From Bacillales bacterium (GTDB lineage: Bacteria > Bacillota > Bacilli > Bacillales > DASSOY01): a DNA stretch of 64,000 nucleotides. This document shows positions 26,905 to 35,254 of this stretch, piece after piece. How positions within the stretch are numbered: position 1 is the stretch's first letter; each line of letters opens with the position of its first letter. Made by a program: the position numbers and the translations under genes. The stretch is taken from the NCBI GenBank assembly GCA_035776675.1, contig DASTWO010000033.1, forward strand, positions 431 to 64,430, read 5' to 3'. The notes beneath the pieces were generated by a model. That model worked only from the letters and a program-made list of their open reading frames with translations. It searched no databases and had not been told where the DNA came from.

Positions 26905-27624
26905 TTGGCTGGTGTGTTTGACAAACAGGTTTCCGAAGAATGCGAGTTCACGGCCGCCATTCAATCCTATCATGCCGATCTGTCACGTTATTGCCGTATG
27001 ATGACAGGAACCCCTTGGGATGCGGACGACCTCTTACAGGAAACGTTAATCAAGGCCTTTAAATCCGGATCTGTCTTAGAGAACCATCCCGCACCGAAAG
27101 CCTTTTTGTTTCGTGTTGCTACGAATACATGGATTGACCATTGTCGAAGGAACAAAGTTCCGGAAGATACATATGAAGATGAACAATTTGCCAATGGCAA
27201 TGATAAGTATGAATTTGAGGTTCGTGAGGCGTTGGAGACTCTTATTTACCGGTTGCCTCCGCGACAGGTGGCCATTGTTTTGCTGATGGATGTATTCGGA
27301 TTTTCCGCTAAATCCGCGGCTGCCATGATGGAGGTTACGGAAGGGGCGGTTAAGGCAGCTCTGCACCGTGCCCGTTCAACGTTGAAAAAGGTGAAAATAG
27401 AGGAAAAAAGGGAACAAATCCTTTTGAAATCAAAGAGTGCGGCCGAACTAGTCGAAATATTCTTGGAAGCGTTCCAACAACATGATGCTGTTGCCGTGAG
27501 CCGAGCGTATCTTTCTCTTCAGGATCATGGGGTCGAGGTCAAAAGGGTCTCGAGCGGGAAAATCCTTTCTTTTCAATTTCAGGATCCCGATGGCAATGTT
27601 TTCACTGTTACTGCGAAGGCCTGA
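26905..27624 (+). CDS. ECF-type sigma-70 family sigma factor (sigma-1) with a short atypical C-terminal extension
   Basis: Region 2: DADDLLQETLIKAF...PKAFLFRVATNTWIDHCRR. Region 4: LPPRQVAIVLLMDVFGFSAKSAAAMMEVTEGAVKAALHRARSTL. TTG start after GGAGGAG (the track ORF starts at 26773). The C-terminus ends ...ILSFQFQDPDGNVFTVTAKA. Confidence 0.85.
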   Translation: MAGVFDKQVSEECEFTAAIQSYHADLSRYCRMMTGTPWDADDLLQETLIKAFKSGSVLENHPAPKAFLFRVATNTWIDHCRRNKVPEDTYEDEQFANGNDKYEFEVREALETLIYRLPPRQVAIVLLMDVFGFSAKSAAAMMEVTEGAVKAALHRARSTLKKVKIEEKREQILLKSKSAAELVEIFLEAFQQHDAVAVSRAYLSLQDHGVEVKRVSSGKILSFQFQDPDGNVFTVTAKA

Positions 27625-27640
27625 ATTTTCTTTAATCCAT

Positions 27641-27669
27641 GCGTATCTTTTTTGATGCCAGTCTCGTTA
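27641..27669 (+). promoter_or_regulatory. ECF-type promoter P1 (GCGTATC-N17-CGTTA)
   Basis: GCGTATC 27641-27647, T-rich spacer, CGTTA 27665-27669. About 75 nt upstream of the VOC gene at 27745. The motif is shared with P2-P4. Confidence 0.55.
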
Positions 27670-27744
27670 ATAGAGTGAAGTTACCATAAGCAGCGGCAAC
27701 ATAGTGACCTCCTGTTGTCGCTGTGCCAAATGAGGAGGCAGAGA

Positions 27745-28509
27745 ATGAACTTTTTGCAGCTCAACAAGGTTTATTTACCGGTGAAAGACCTTGAGGACAC
27801 AGCAAAATGGTATCGGGATCAGTTTGGTTTAACAAAATCCTGGGAAGGCGAAGTGGACGGCCGTCAAGCAGCGGAACTTGCCTTTTCGGAGACTTCGTTC
27901 ACATTGATCGGCTCTGATCATGTCAATCGCTATTCTCACATTCCATTTAACTTCCATACGAATGAGATTGAAGCCGTCCGTGATTCATTAATGCGGAAGG
28001 GGAGTGTCGTAACGGATGTCATTGATGAAGGAGAAATGTATTGCTGTGACTTTTATGATCCTGAAGGAAACCGGATCGGGTTAGTTGAGGAAAAGAATGG
28101 GGCAACCGACCAGATGCAAGTGGGCGGAACCTTCTTGACCGTCCGAGACTTGGAAGATGCCATTAAATGGTACCGAAACAAGCTCGATTATGACTTTCAC
28201 TTTTTCAGTGTTACCGGAGGTGCTGGTTACATTGGCCAGACCCCGGAATATGTCCAGGAATTGACGATACGATATGCGCCTGTCAGCAGTGAATCATTTC
28301 AGACAAGATCAAGCCGGATGGCGATTGTGGAAACGCCTGAATTTTTCCCTCTCACCTACAAGGCGTATAGTATATTAAGTTCAAATATCGAGGAAGACTA
28401 TGAAACTTTGCGTTCCCGAGGAGTACATATCGTTCAGAAGTCCGATCAGAAGTTCACGTTTCAGGATGCAGACGGAAATGAAATAGAAATTGTGAAGGAA
28501 AAGCGCTAG
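27745..28509 (+). CDS. Two-domain VOC family protein (glyoxalase/bleomycin-resistance fold)
   Basis: RBS GAGGAGG. Domain starts VYLPVKDLEDTAKWYRDQFGL and TFLTVRDLEDAIKWYRNKLDY. Domain ends FYDPEGNRIGLV and FQDADGNEIEIV. Confidence 0.85.
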   Translation: MNFLQLNKVYLPVKDLEDTAKWYRDQFGLTKSWEGEVDGRQAAELAFSETSFTLIGSDHVNRYSHIPFNFHTNEIEAVRDSLMRKGSVVTDVIDEGEMYCCDFYDPEGNRIGLVEEKNGATDQMQVGGTFLTVRDLEDAIKWYRNKLDYDFHFFSVTGGAGYIGQTPEYVQELTIRYAPVSSESFQTRSSRMAIVETPEFFPLTYKAYSILSSNIEEDYETLRSRGVHIVQKSDQKFTFQDADGNEIEIVKEKR

Positions 28510-28705
28510 ATTATAAAAAAAGAGGGGATAACCATCAAACAGGGGGCACATTTCAATGTAAAGCGTCCAAATCCTGTTAGAAAAAAGTTGATGACAATGT
28601 TATGCCTCTTGGTGGTAATGACGGTTAAGAAAGGGAGCAGGTCACGATGAGTCATTTTTTTCAGAAAGGATGATAGATTTTTTCAAGCTATGGCATCTGT
28701 AGATT

Positions 28706-29470
28706 ATGGCACGAAAAAGAGGCGGCATTGTGGGGAAGGAATTGTTGGAAGTGAGAGGTTTCAAATCGGATGATGGCCGGGATAAAGGGCTTGTAGATAG
28801 AGCTCGGTCGGGAGACCGCGAAGCTTTCGGCGAATTGGTACGCCGGCACCGCGCCAAAGCTTACGGTTGGGCAAGTACTTTGGCTAATGACGCTCATTTG
28901 GCTGATGATATTGTTCAAGACGCTTTGATAGGGGCTTTTCTTCATGTTGGAGAGCTTATGGACAGTGACCGATTTGTGCCCTGGTTTCATAGAATTGTCC
29001 GTAACCAGGCATACATGAAGCTAAGGCGGGGCGGTCAATACGGAAAGGAAAGTCCGTTTTCAGCCCTCGAAGAACAAAATGGCAGCGAATCGAGCGATAT
29101 TGACCGAATTTTATTCCAACTTACTGTTTCGGTGGACGCCGATGAAAGTCTCGATCCGGCTGTTCGGCTGGTGAAGAAGGAAATGATCCGTGGCATTCAT
29201 GAGCTTCTCCATTGTTTAAGCCAACGGGAACGAAGCGTTTTTGAGGCCTTTTTCTTCCAGCAACTTTCACCCATTGAAATCGCACAATTATTTCAAACCC
29301 AAACCGGCAATGTTTACAATATCCTCTCACGTTCCAGGAGGAAAGTGCAACGGGAGCGGATTCGTGTCCATCTCAATGGTTTTGTCAGAAGGCGAAAAGA
29401 ACAGAAATTTCCCTCGAAGAAGACTTTGGCAAAACCGATCGAATTCTTTCAAGGAGAGGAAAGCAGATGA
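28706..29470 (+). CDS. Sigma-70 family (ECF-like) sigma factor (sigma-2)
   Basis: LVDRARSGDREAFGELVRRH, DDIVQDALIGAF, FVPWFHRIVRNQAYMKLRR (region 2). LSQRERSVFEAFFFQQLSPIEIAQLFQTQTGNVYNILSRSRRKV (region 4). The start codon is uncertain (alternatives GTG 28733, TTG 28745). Confidence 0.8.
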   Translation: MARKRGGIVGKELLEVRGFKSDDGRDKGLVDRARSGDREAFGELVRRHRAKAYGWASTLANDAHLADDIVQDALIGAFLHVGELMDSDRFVPWFHRIVRNQAYMKLRRGGQYGKESPFSALEEQNGSESSDIDRILFQLTVSVDADESLDPAVRLVKKEMIRGIHELLHCLSQRERSVFEAFFFQQLSPIEIAQLFQTQTGNVYNILSRSRRKVQRERIRVHLNGFVRRRKEQKFPSKKTLAKPIEFFQGEESR

Positions 29471-30432
29471 CCAAACAAGATGTCAGGCCGATGACGTGTA
29501 CTTCAGCAGCACAATCGATGTTTGCCGCAATACAGTATACCGACAAAAAGGATTTGTCGCTCGCCGAAGTAATGGGTTTCACCAGTCATGCATTCCGCAT
29601 TAACATTAACGCGGAAAATGTAGATGTAGCCGGGCCAACCGGGTATGAATGGAGAGATATCTTTCCGGAAGGACTTCGAAACCTGGGGTTTCAAACTGCA
29701 TATCGAGGAGCTCCTAATTTCACACCACCGACACCTAATGAGCTTTCCGAGGCAATTGAACTAGTTCAAAAAAGTATCGATAGAGGTGTTCCCGCGATTG
29801 CATGGGATTTGTTTATCCCCGAGTTTGGCCTGCTATACGGATATGACGATGATAAGCAAATCCTCATGGCGAAGGATTTCGAAAAAGAAGGAGAACTTGA
29901 CTACGAAAAATTAGGAAGAGGACAAATCGGAGAATTGTTTGTTCTTACGATTGAGGATTCGATCCCTATAGATAAAACCAGTTCATTAAAAGGCGCGCTG
30001 GAAATGATTCTGAACCATGCACACAAAAGGCAACATAAGCATGAAAAGCCACCCTATCAAAATGGGCTGGCCGGTTATGACGCATGGATTCAGGCATTTT
30101 CTAATCGAAGTGTCGACCCGTTCGGGAATGCTTACAACACATTAGTCGTTTCCGATGCCCGAAGGTATGCGGTTGATTTTTTAAGCGGGATTGTAGAAGA
30201 CGTTCAATATGAGGAAACTGTACGCCATTTAGCGTCTCGGTCTGCGGCTCATTACAAAAAGGGAAAAGATTCATTGGAAAAGCTTGCGGGTAAGTTTCCG
30301 TTTCCTGATGGAGGAAGCCCGAACGAGGGAGTGGAGGCTGAACTAGCGATCCAGCTGTTGTCCGAAGCCAAACAGGCCGAACAACAAGGCGTCGAGCTTC
30401 TGGAAGAAATGTATGATCGATTAAAAAATTGA
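29467..30432 (+). CDS. Cytoplasmic papain-like (BtrH-N/DUF4872-like, tentative) protein, translationally coupled to sigma-2
   Basis: ATGA overlap with the sigma-2 stop. No TM segment. Paralogous to 33014..34051, sharing MGFTSHAFRI/YGMTGIAFLI, RNLGF/ENLGI, SIDRGVPAIAWDL/AIDSGYPCFSFEL and LLYGYDDD/IVFGYNET. Confidence 0.6.
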   Translation: MTKQDVRPMTCTSAAQSMFAAIQYTDKKDLSLAEVMGFTSHAFRININAENVDVAGPTGYEWRDIFPEGLRNLGFQTAYRGAPNFTPPTPNELSEAIELVQKSIDRGVPAIAWDLFIPEFGLLYGYDDDKQILMAKDFEKEGELDYEKLGRGQIGELFVLTIEDSIPIDKTSSLKGALEMILNHAHKRQHKHEKPPYQNGLAGYDAWIQAFSNRSVDPFGNAYNTLVVSDARRYAVDFLSGIVEDVQYEETVRHLASRSAAHYKKGKDSLEKLAGKFPFPDGGSPNEGVEAELAIQLLSEAKQAEQQGVELLEEMYDRLKN

Positions 30433-30441
30433 AAGTATTGT

Positions 30442-30479
30442 ACTCAGGCTGTGGGTTGCTGCAGTCTGGGAGTTTTTTT
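30442..30479 (+). terminator. Probable rho-independent terminator
   Basis: Imperfect GC-rich stem (ACTCAGGCTG...CAGTCTGGGAGT) followed by TTTTTTT. Confidence 0.55.
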
Positions 30480-30485
30480 GTTCAG

Positions 30486-30512
30486 CCGTAACTTTTTTTC
30501 CTATTCTCGTTA
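30486..30512 (+). promoter_or_regulatory. ECF-type promoter P2 (CCGTAAC-N15-CGTTA)
   Basis: CCGTAAC 30486-30492, T7 tract, CGTTA 30508-30512. About 38 nt upstream of the GyrI-like gene. Confidence 0.5.
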
Positions 30513-30549
30513 GTAGGATGAGTATTCAATTCTCAAGGAGGCAATATCA

Positions 30550-31029
30550 ATGGAAGTGAAAATTGTTGAAAAAGAGGCATTTCAGCTGGTCGGCCTTGCC
30601 ATCAAGACAAAGGGGGACGGCGACCCTTCGACAAATGATATCTCTAAGCTGTGGGATCGGTTCGATGCAGCAAGCTCTCAAATTGAACACAGCATCAAGC
30701 CCGAAATCAAATTTGGCCTCATGACTTTTCCGGATCATTGGAAACACGGGGAGCCTTTTCAATACATGGCGGGTGTCGAAGTGAATCAATTTGAAAGTCT
30801 TCCTGAAGATATGGAAAGCGCAGAACTCCCTAAGCAGCAATATGCTGTGATTCATTACAGAGGGAAAATTTCGGGTATCGGCGTAGCCTATGATTACTTC
30901 TACCGAGAATGGCTCCCGAAGTCGGGATATGAGTTCGGGAACAACTTTGAGATGGAATACTATGATGGGAAATTCTATGGCCGCGACAACCCCGAATCAG
31001 AAATCTCCTTTTATTTTCCGGTAAAATAA
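30550..31029 (+). CDS. GyrI-like small-molecule-binding domain protein
   Basis: MEVKIVEKEAFQLVGLAIKT...FQYMAGVEV...YAVIHYRG...EFGNNFEMEYYD...ISFYFPVK is the typical GyrI-like/AraC-effector-binding (SbmC-like) pattern. Confidence 0.85.
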   Translation: MEVKIVEKEAFQLVGLAIKTKGDGDPSTNDISKLWDRFDAASSQIEHSIKPEIKFGLMTFPDHWKHGEPFQYMAGVEVNQFESLPEDMESAELPKQQYAVIHYRGKISGIGVAYDYFYREWLPKSGYEFGNNFEMEYYDGKFYGRDNPESEISFYFPVK

Positions 31030-31046
31030 AATTTTCTTAGCAGTCA

Positions 31047-31076
31047 GCGTATCTTTTTCCAAGAGTAATGTGTTTA
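31047..31076 (+). promoter_or_regulatory. ECF-type promoter P3 (GCGTATC-N17-TGTTTA) upstream of sigma-3
   Basis: GCGTATC 31047-31053, T-rich spacer, TGTTTA 31071-31076 (degenerate -10). Confidence 0.45.
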
Positions 31077-31111
31077 TCTAGTGAATGAAGCATTGCAGGA
31101 GGTTATGAAAA

Positions 31112-32053
31112 GTGACAAAAGAAGACTTATCCCAACTCAGCCATCCATTACGAGATCTGGAGAAAGAATTTCAGTTGCTGGTGGAGCCCCATCGCCCAGC
31201 GTTGTGGCGTTATTGTCGGATGATGACAGGTTCGCCATGGGAGGCGGAGGATCTTGTTCAAGAGACGCTGATGAAGACTTATGCCACACTTCCGAAACTG
31301 TGGCAACCAACCATTCCTAAAGCTTTCCTATTTCGAATCGCCACCAACACCTGGCTGAATCAATGTCGAAAGGCGAAGCGTCTGGTTGATGAACCTTGGG
31401 AGGAAGAAGATTCCATTGATAGGGACACGGACCCGTTCGAGGCAAGGGAAAATATCGAATTTCTTGTCAGGCATTTATCGCCGCGACAGACAGTCGTGTT
31501 TCTTTTAACAGAGGTATTTGATTTCAAAGCGCGTGAGGTGGCGGAAATGGCTGGAACAACAGAGGGCACGGTTAAGGCACTCTTGCACAGAGCTCGGAAA
31601 AAGTTAGAGGAGAAAACCGGAGAAACTTTCTTTCAGAACGAAGATACGCCGGCATTTAGCAAGGGGGAAACTGCTGTCGTTGAAGCCTATGTAGAAGCCT
31701 TTAACCGCCGAGATCCGGATGCAATTGCCAAATTAATGGATGATCGCGTAGTGTGCGATATCGTTCATATCGCAGAAGAATACGGAAAAGACGTCGTTCG
31801 TCAGAACTCACTGGAAGACTGGTCCAGAGATCCGATGCCTATGCAAACGGATGTAAAGGTATTGTGGAACAAGCCGGTATTTGCCGTAATGGGAGAGAAG
31901 AAGGGTCAGAAAGTGCTGTACGACCTGATCGAACTTGAAATTGAAGACGGCAAAATCGTCAAAAAGAAAGATTATTATTTCTGTCAAGATTTATTGACGG
32001 CAGCGGCAGAAGCATTAGATGTTCCCGCACATCTTAATGGGTACAGTTTCTAG
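31112..32053 (+). CDS. ECF-type sigma factor (sigma-3) with a C-terminal SnoaL/NTF2-like domain (SigJ/ECF41-like architecture)
   Basis: GTG start 9 nt after AGGAGG. Region 2: AEDLVQETLMKTY...PKAFLFRIATNTWLNQCRK. Region 4: LSPRQTVVFLLTEVFDFKAREVAEMAGTTEGTVKALLHRARKKL. This is followed by about 130 aa beginning AVVEAYVEAFNRRDPDAIAKLMDD (NTF2-like). Confidence 0.85.
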   Translation: MTKEDLSQLSHPLRDLEKEFQLLVEPHRPALWRYCRMMTGSPWEAEDLVQETLMKTYATLPKLWQPTIPKAFLFRIATNTWLNQCRKAKRLVDEPWEEEDSIDRDTDPFEARENIEFLVRHLSPRQTVVFLLTEVFDFKAREVAEMAGTTEGTVKALLHRARKKLEEKTGETFFQNEDTPAFSKGETAVVEAYVEAFNRRDPDAIAKLMDDRVVCDIVHIAEEYGKDVVRQNSLEDWSRDPMPMQTDVKVLWNKPVFAVMGEKKGQKVLYDLIELEIEDGKIVKKKDYYFCQDLLTAAAEALDVPAHLNGYSF

Positions 32054-32106
32054 TTATCGGTAAAAAACTTTGGCCACCAAAAAAATAAAAACTTTTTCTA
32101 AATCGA

Positions 32107-32135
32107 CCGTATCTTTTCGGTCGGTTTCTTCGTAA
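32107..32135 (+). promoter_or_regulatory. ECF-type promoter P4 (CCGTATC-N17-CGTAA) in front of the 12-gene VOC operon
   Basis: CCGTATC 32107-32113, CGTAA 32131-32135. 19 nt upstream of the ATG at 32154. Confidence 0.55.
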
Positions 32136-32153
32136 GTAGTGTGGAAGGTGAAA

Positions 32154-32564
32154 ATGACTGAGTTGAAAGGAGTTGGCGCATTGAAATTCATAAAGCGAGT
32201 GGACAGTATTTTCATTCCTGTCAAGGACATTAAGGAATCGGAAGAATGGTACAAAAAAGTTTTTGATTTAACAGTGGTTTATCGAAGTGAAGACAACATC
32301 GGTTTTCGATTTAACGAACCGTGGCCGTTGAAAACCGGGTTATCCCTTTACAAAAGTGAGGAAGCCGGAAAGCCTTCCCCTGTCCATTTTAATTTTTACA
32401 CAGAAGATGTAGATGGATTTTATCAATACCTTTCCGATGAGGGAGTCGAGCCTGATGAGGTTCAAAGTGAAGACGGGATGCGCTTTTTCGATTTCCATGA
32501 CCCGAGCGGAAACCGGTTCAACGTTGTGACCTTTAAGGAAATTGCGCTGGAACATATTGATTAA
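32154..32564 (+). CDS. Single-domain VOC family protein
   Basis: RBS GGAAGGTGA. IFIPVKDIKESEEWYKKVFDL ... FFDFHDPSGNRFNVV. Confidence 0.85.
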   Translation: MTELKGVGALKFIKRVDSIFIPVKDIKESEEWYKKVFDLTVVYRSEDNIGFRFNEPWPLKTGLSLYKSEEAGKPSPVHFNFYTEDVDGFYQYLSDEGVEPDEVQSEDGMRFFDFHDPSGNRFNVVTFKEIALEHID

Positions 32565-32599
32565 TCCCGAATGGGGTGCGAAATATTGGAGGGGTTAAA

Positions 32600-33004
32600 T
32601 TGAAATTGCGTGTCGGAGGAATTTTCATTCCGGTTACCGATTTGGAACGGTCAATTGAGTGGTATATGGAGTGCTTGAACCTAAAGCTCGTTGATCGCTG
32701 GCCGGAAGGTGCCGGTGCTGGCTTTACATTTGAAAATGGGGAAGCCGGCCTGGGGCTAGTCAAGGTGGAGACGAAGCAACCAACGGAGTTCAGAGTTTCC
32801 TCGCGTTATCAGAACTGCTATTACAACTTCGAACCTGAAAATGTCCAGGAAATGCATCAATTTCTGAAAGGTAGAGGTGTGAAAGTGACTGAGATTGAAG
32901 ATCACGGTCCCATGGAAGGGTTTGATTTTTTCGATCCTGATGGGAATCCCTTCAGTGCAGTTCGGGATAAACCACAATCACCTTATTATCATCCGTTTCA
33001 GTAA
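32600..33004 (+). CDS. Single-domain VOC family protein
   Basis: TTG start 5 nt after GGAGGGG (the track ORF starts at GTG 32576). IFIPVTDLERSIEWYMECLNL ... FDFFDPDGNPFSAV. Confidence 0.85.
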   Translation: MKLRVGGIFIPVTDLERSIEWYMECLNLKLVDRWPEGAGAGFTFENGEAGLGLVKVETKQPTEFRVSSRYQNCYYNFEPENVQEMHQFLKGRGVKVTEIEDHGPMEGFDFFDPDGNPFSAVRDKPQSPYYHPFQ

Positions 33005-33013
33005 AGGGGAGAG

Positions 33014-34051
33014 ATGATGGCAGGCAAAACATTGGATGAACTGAAATTTTCTTATTGTGACCATACGCTCATCGGCAGTTTGAAGGCCAGCCTCGATTTT
33101 CTGGGGATCGACGTGTCCGAGGATTGGTTATACGGAATGACCGGGATTGCTTTTCTCATCGTCACTGATGAAAAGGTGTCTACAGATGCTGTAGCGTATG
33201 GCTATGAGCCAGGTATGGTATTTCGCCTCGCCGAAAATCTGGGGATCCGAGTCAAGGGCATCCACCGTGTTGAAGATCCTCATGATCGTGAAGGGTTAAT
33301 CCAATCAGCCTGGTCGCAAGCACGCCGCGCCATAGATAGCGGATATCCGTGTTTCAGCTTTGAATTGGAGGAACAGCACGAGCATGCCATTGTTTTCGGC
33401 TATAATGAAACCGGTTACCTAACGCATGGTTGGCATCAAAGGGGAACTCGCTCCATTCCTTGGGAACTGCTGGGTCAAAGCATGTGCCCTTGTGAAAGGT
33501 GTGAAGACCAACGGAATAAAAGTAATGTCGTACCCACAAAAAGTTTCATTGATCTTCATTGGGTTGAACCCGGACCGAAGGAAGACCCGGCGAGGGCTTT
33601 TGAACAAATGCTTTCTTTTGTATTAGCCGTTTCCTTTGAACGTCTTTGGGTCTACAGAGGTTTTGATGGAGGTTCGTCAGCTTACGATCATTTGATTCAA
33701 GCCGTTGAGGAAGGCACCGCGATAGGAAAACACATTGGTTATAACTTGAGTGCATGGAGTGAGGCGCGGAGCCATGCACCGGGATTTCTTGAACAAGTCC
33801 ATGAACATTTGGAAGGCAATGCTGATGGTTCATTGGACCGGGCAACCGCAGCTTACCGAGACGTTGCAGAATTATTAGAAGAAGCGTCAGAACTGTATCC
33901 GTGGAGACAGCCGATGGAACCTGTCGGTGTGAATGAAACAAGCCGTAAGGCGGCAGCCCTTTTGAAAAGAGAGAAAGATGCCGAAATCAATGTTTTAGAT
34001 GCATTGAAGGAACTTCACAACACTTTAAATAGAAAGGAATCTGCCAAATGA
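33014..34051 (+). CDS. Papain-like (BtrH-N/DUF4872-like, tentative) protein, paralog of 29467..30432
   Basis: Shares motifs with 29467..30432 (listed there). Candidate nucleophile Cys in SYCDHTLIGSL. No TM segment. Stop overlaps the next gene. Confidence 0.6.
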   Translation: MMAGKTLDELKFSYCDHTLIGSLKASLDFLGIDVSEDWLYGMTGIAFLIVTDEKVSTDAVAYGYEPGMVFRLAENLGIRVKGIHRVEDPHDREGLIQSAWSQARRAIDSGYPCFSFELEEQHEHAIVFGYNETGYLTHGWHQRGTRSIPWELLGQSMCPCERCEDQRNKSNVVPTKSFIDLHWVEPGPKEDPARAFEQMLSFVLAVSFERLWVYRGFDGGSSAYDHLIQAVEEGTAIGKHIGYNLSAWSEARSHAPGFLEQVHEHLEGNADGSLDRATAAYRDVAELLEEASELYPWRQPMEPVGVNETSRKAAALLKREKDAEINVLDALKELHNTLNRKESAK

Positions 34052-34842
34052 CAAAAGCCAATCAAACAAGTTCAGTACAACCGCGTGTGAGTTGCGCCTT
34101 TATTCACGTCAGTGATTTGAAGAATTCAGTGGTATTTTACAGCATGATCTTTGGGCTGCCGGTATTGAAAGAGCGTCTTAATGGAGGCCCCGTCTATGGA
34201 GTCGATATTGAAGGTGGAACAGGTTTGCTTTTGGATGACAACAGTGTGAACAAGCAACATCCTGATTGGGATGAGAGTCAGCAAAATTTATGTATGGTGG
34301 AAACCAAGGATATTGAGGCGGCGTATGAACACGTCAAAAACCTGGAGGCGGAAATTGTGTCCGAACCCGAGAATCCCCATCCCGGATTGGCTTTCTTTCG
34401 TTTTCGTGACCCGGACGGCAATGTTCTTATGGTCACGCAAAGTGATTATGAAGGAGAACCCCTTGCCCGGGAGGAAAAGACCCCGATCCACAACCGGATT
34501 AAAGCCATTTTTATTAATGTCACCGATATGGAGAGAGCCGTCAAGTGGTACGAAGGGTTATTCAGTGTGTCCATGGCCCAAAATCATAATGCTCCCGTGC
34601 TTAATATTCCAACAGAAGGCGGGTCAGACCTTTTATTGGATGCCAACCGCTTTTTGCAGGGCGATGATTACAAAACATTGCTGATGTTAGACACAGACGA
34701 TGTCGATGAAGCTTATCGATTTTTGAAAAGCCGCGATGTCGAGATTTTCAAGGAAATTGAAAGATACGACGATGTTTCATTTTTCACCTTCAAAGATCCG
34801 GACGGCAATGTCCTGATGGTTTGCCAGGAACACAAGAAATAA
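34048..34842 (+). CDS. Two-domain VOC family protein
   Basis: AFIHVSDLKNSVVFYSMIFGL...FRFRDPDGNVLMV and IFINVTDMERAVKWYEGLFSV...FTFKDPDGNVLMV. Confidence 0.85.
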   Translation: MTKANQTSSVQPRVSCAFIHVSDLKNSVVFYSMIFGLPVLKERLNGGPVYGVDIEGGTGLLLDDNSVNKQHPDWDESQQNLCMVETKDIEAAYEHVKNLEAEIVSEPENPHPGLAFFRFRDPDGNVLMVTQSDYEGEPLAREEKTPIHNRIKAIFINVTDMERAVKWYEGLFSVSMAQNHNAPVLNIPTEGGSDLLLDANRFLQGDDYKTLLMLDTDDVDEAYRFLKSRDVEIFKEIERYDDVSFFTFKDPDGNVLMVCQEHKK

Positions 34843-34862
34843 ATAGATGAAGGGAGGAAGGC

Positions 34863-35216
34863 ATGGAGATGATTCGAAAGGGTGTTAACGGCATTTTGGT
34901 TTACTGCCGTGACCTGCATAAGTCTGCAAGATGGTATTCCCAACTGGGGTTTACGATAGGGGAACATGACTTTGATCACTTCGTTGATTTGGAAGTAGAC
35001 GGGAATTATGTATTGCATCTGGTGAAAAAGGAGGACTTTACATCGCTGGCACCCCCTGCTTTCACTTTCGATACACCGGACATTGAGGCGACTTTTGAAA
35101 GGTTGAAAGAAAACGGAGTGGACATCATCGGAGAGTTGAACCGACACTCGAACCATTCGGAGTTCAGCTTCAGAGACCTTGACGGGAATACATTGATGTT
35201 TACAAAGTGGGATTGA
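34863..35216 (+). CDS. Single-domain VOC family protein
   Basis: ILVYCRDLHKSARWYSQLGFT ... FSFRDLDGNTLMF. RBS GGGAGGAAGG. Confidence 0.8.
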   Translation: MEMIRKGVNGILVYCRDLHKSARWYSQLGFTIGEHDFDHFVDLEVDGNYVLHLVKKEDFTSLAPPAFTFDTPDIEATFERLKENGVDIIGELNRHSNHSEFSFRDLDGNTLMFTKWD

Positions 35217-35254
35217 ATCGGTTCTAAGGTGCCGAGAAAAAGGGGGATGGCAGG

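Noticed and set aside
27505-27511. A fifth GCGTATC copy, inside the sigma-1 coding sequence.
   Set aside because: The sequence 17 nt downstream is GGGGTC, with no CGT-type -10. It lies within a coding region, so it is probably a chance occurrence.
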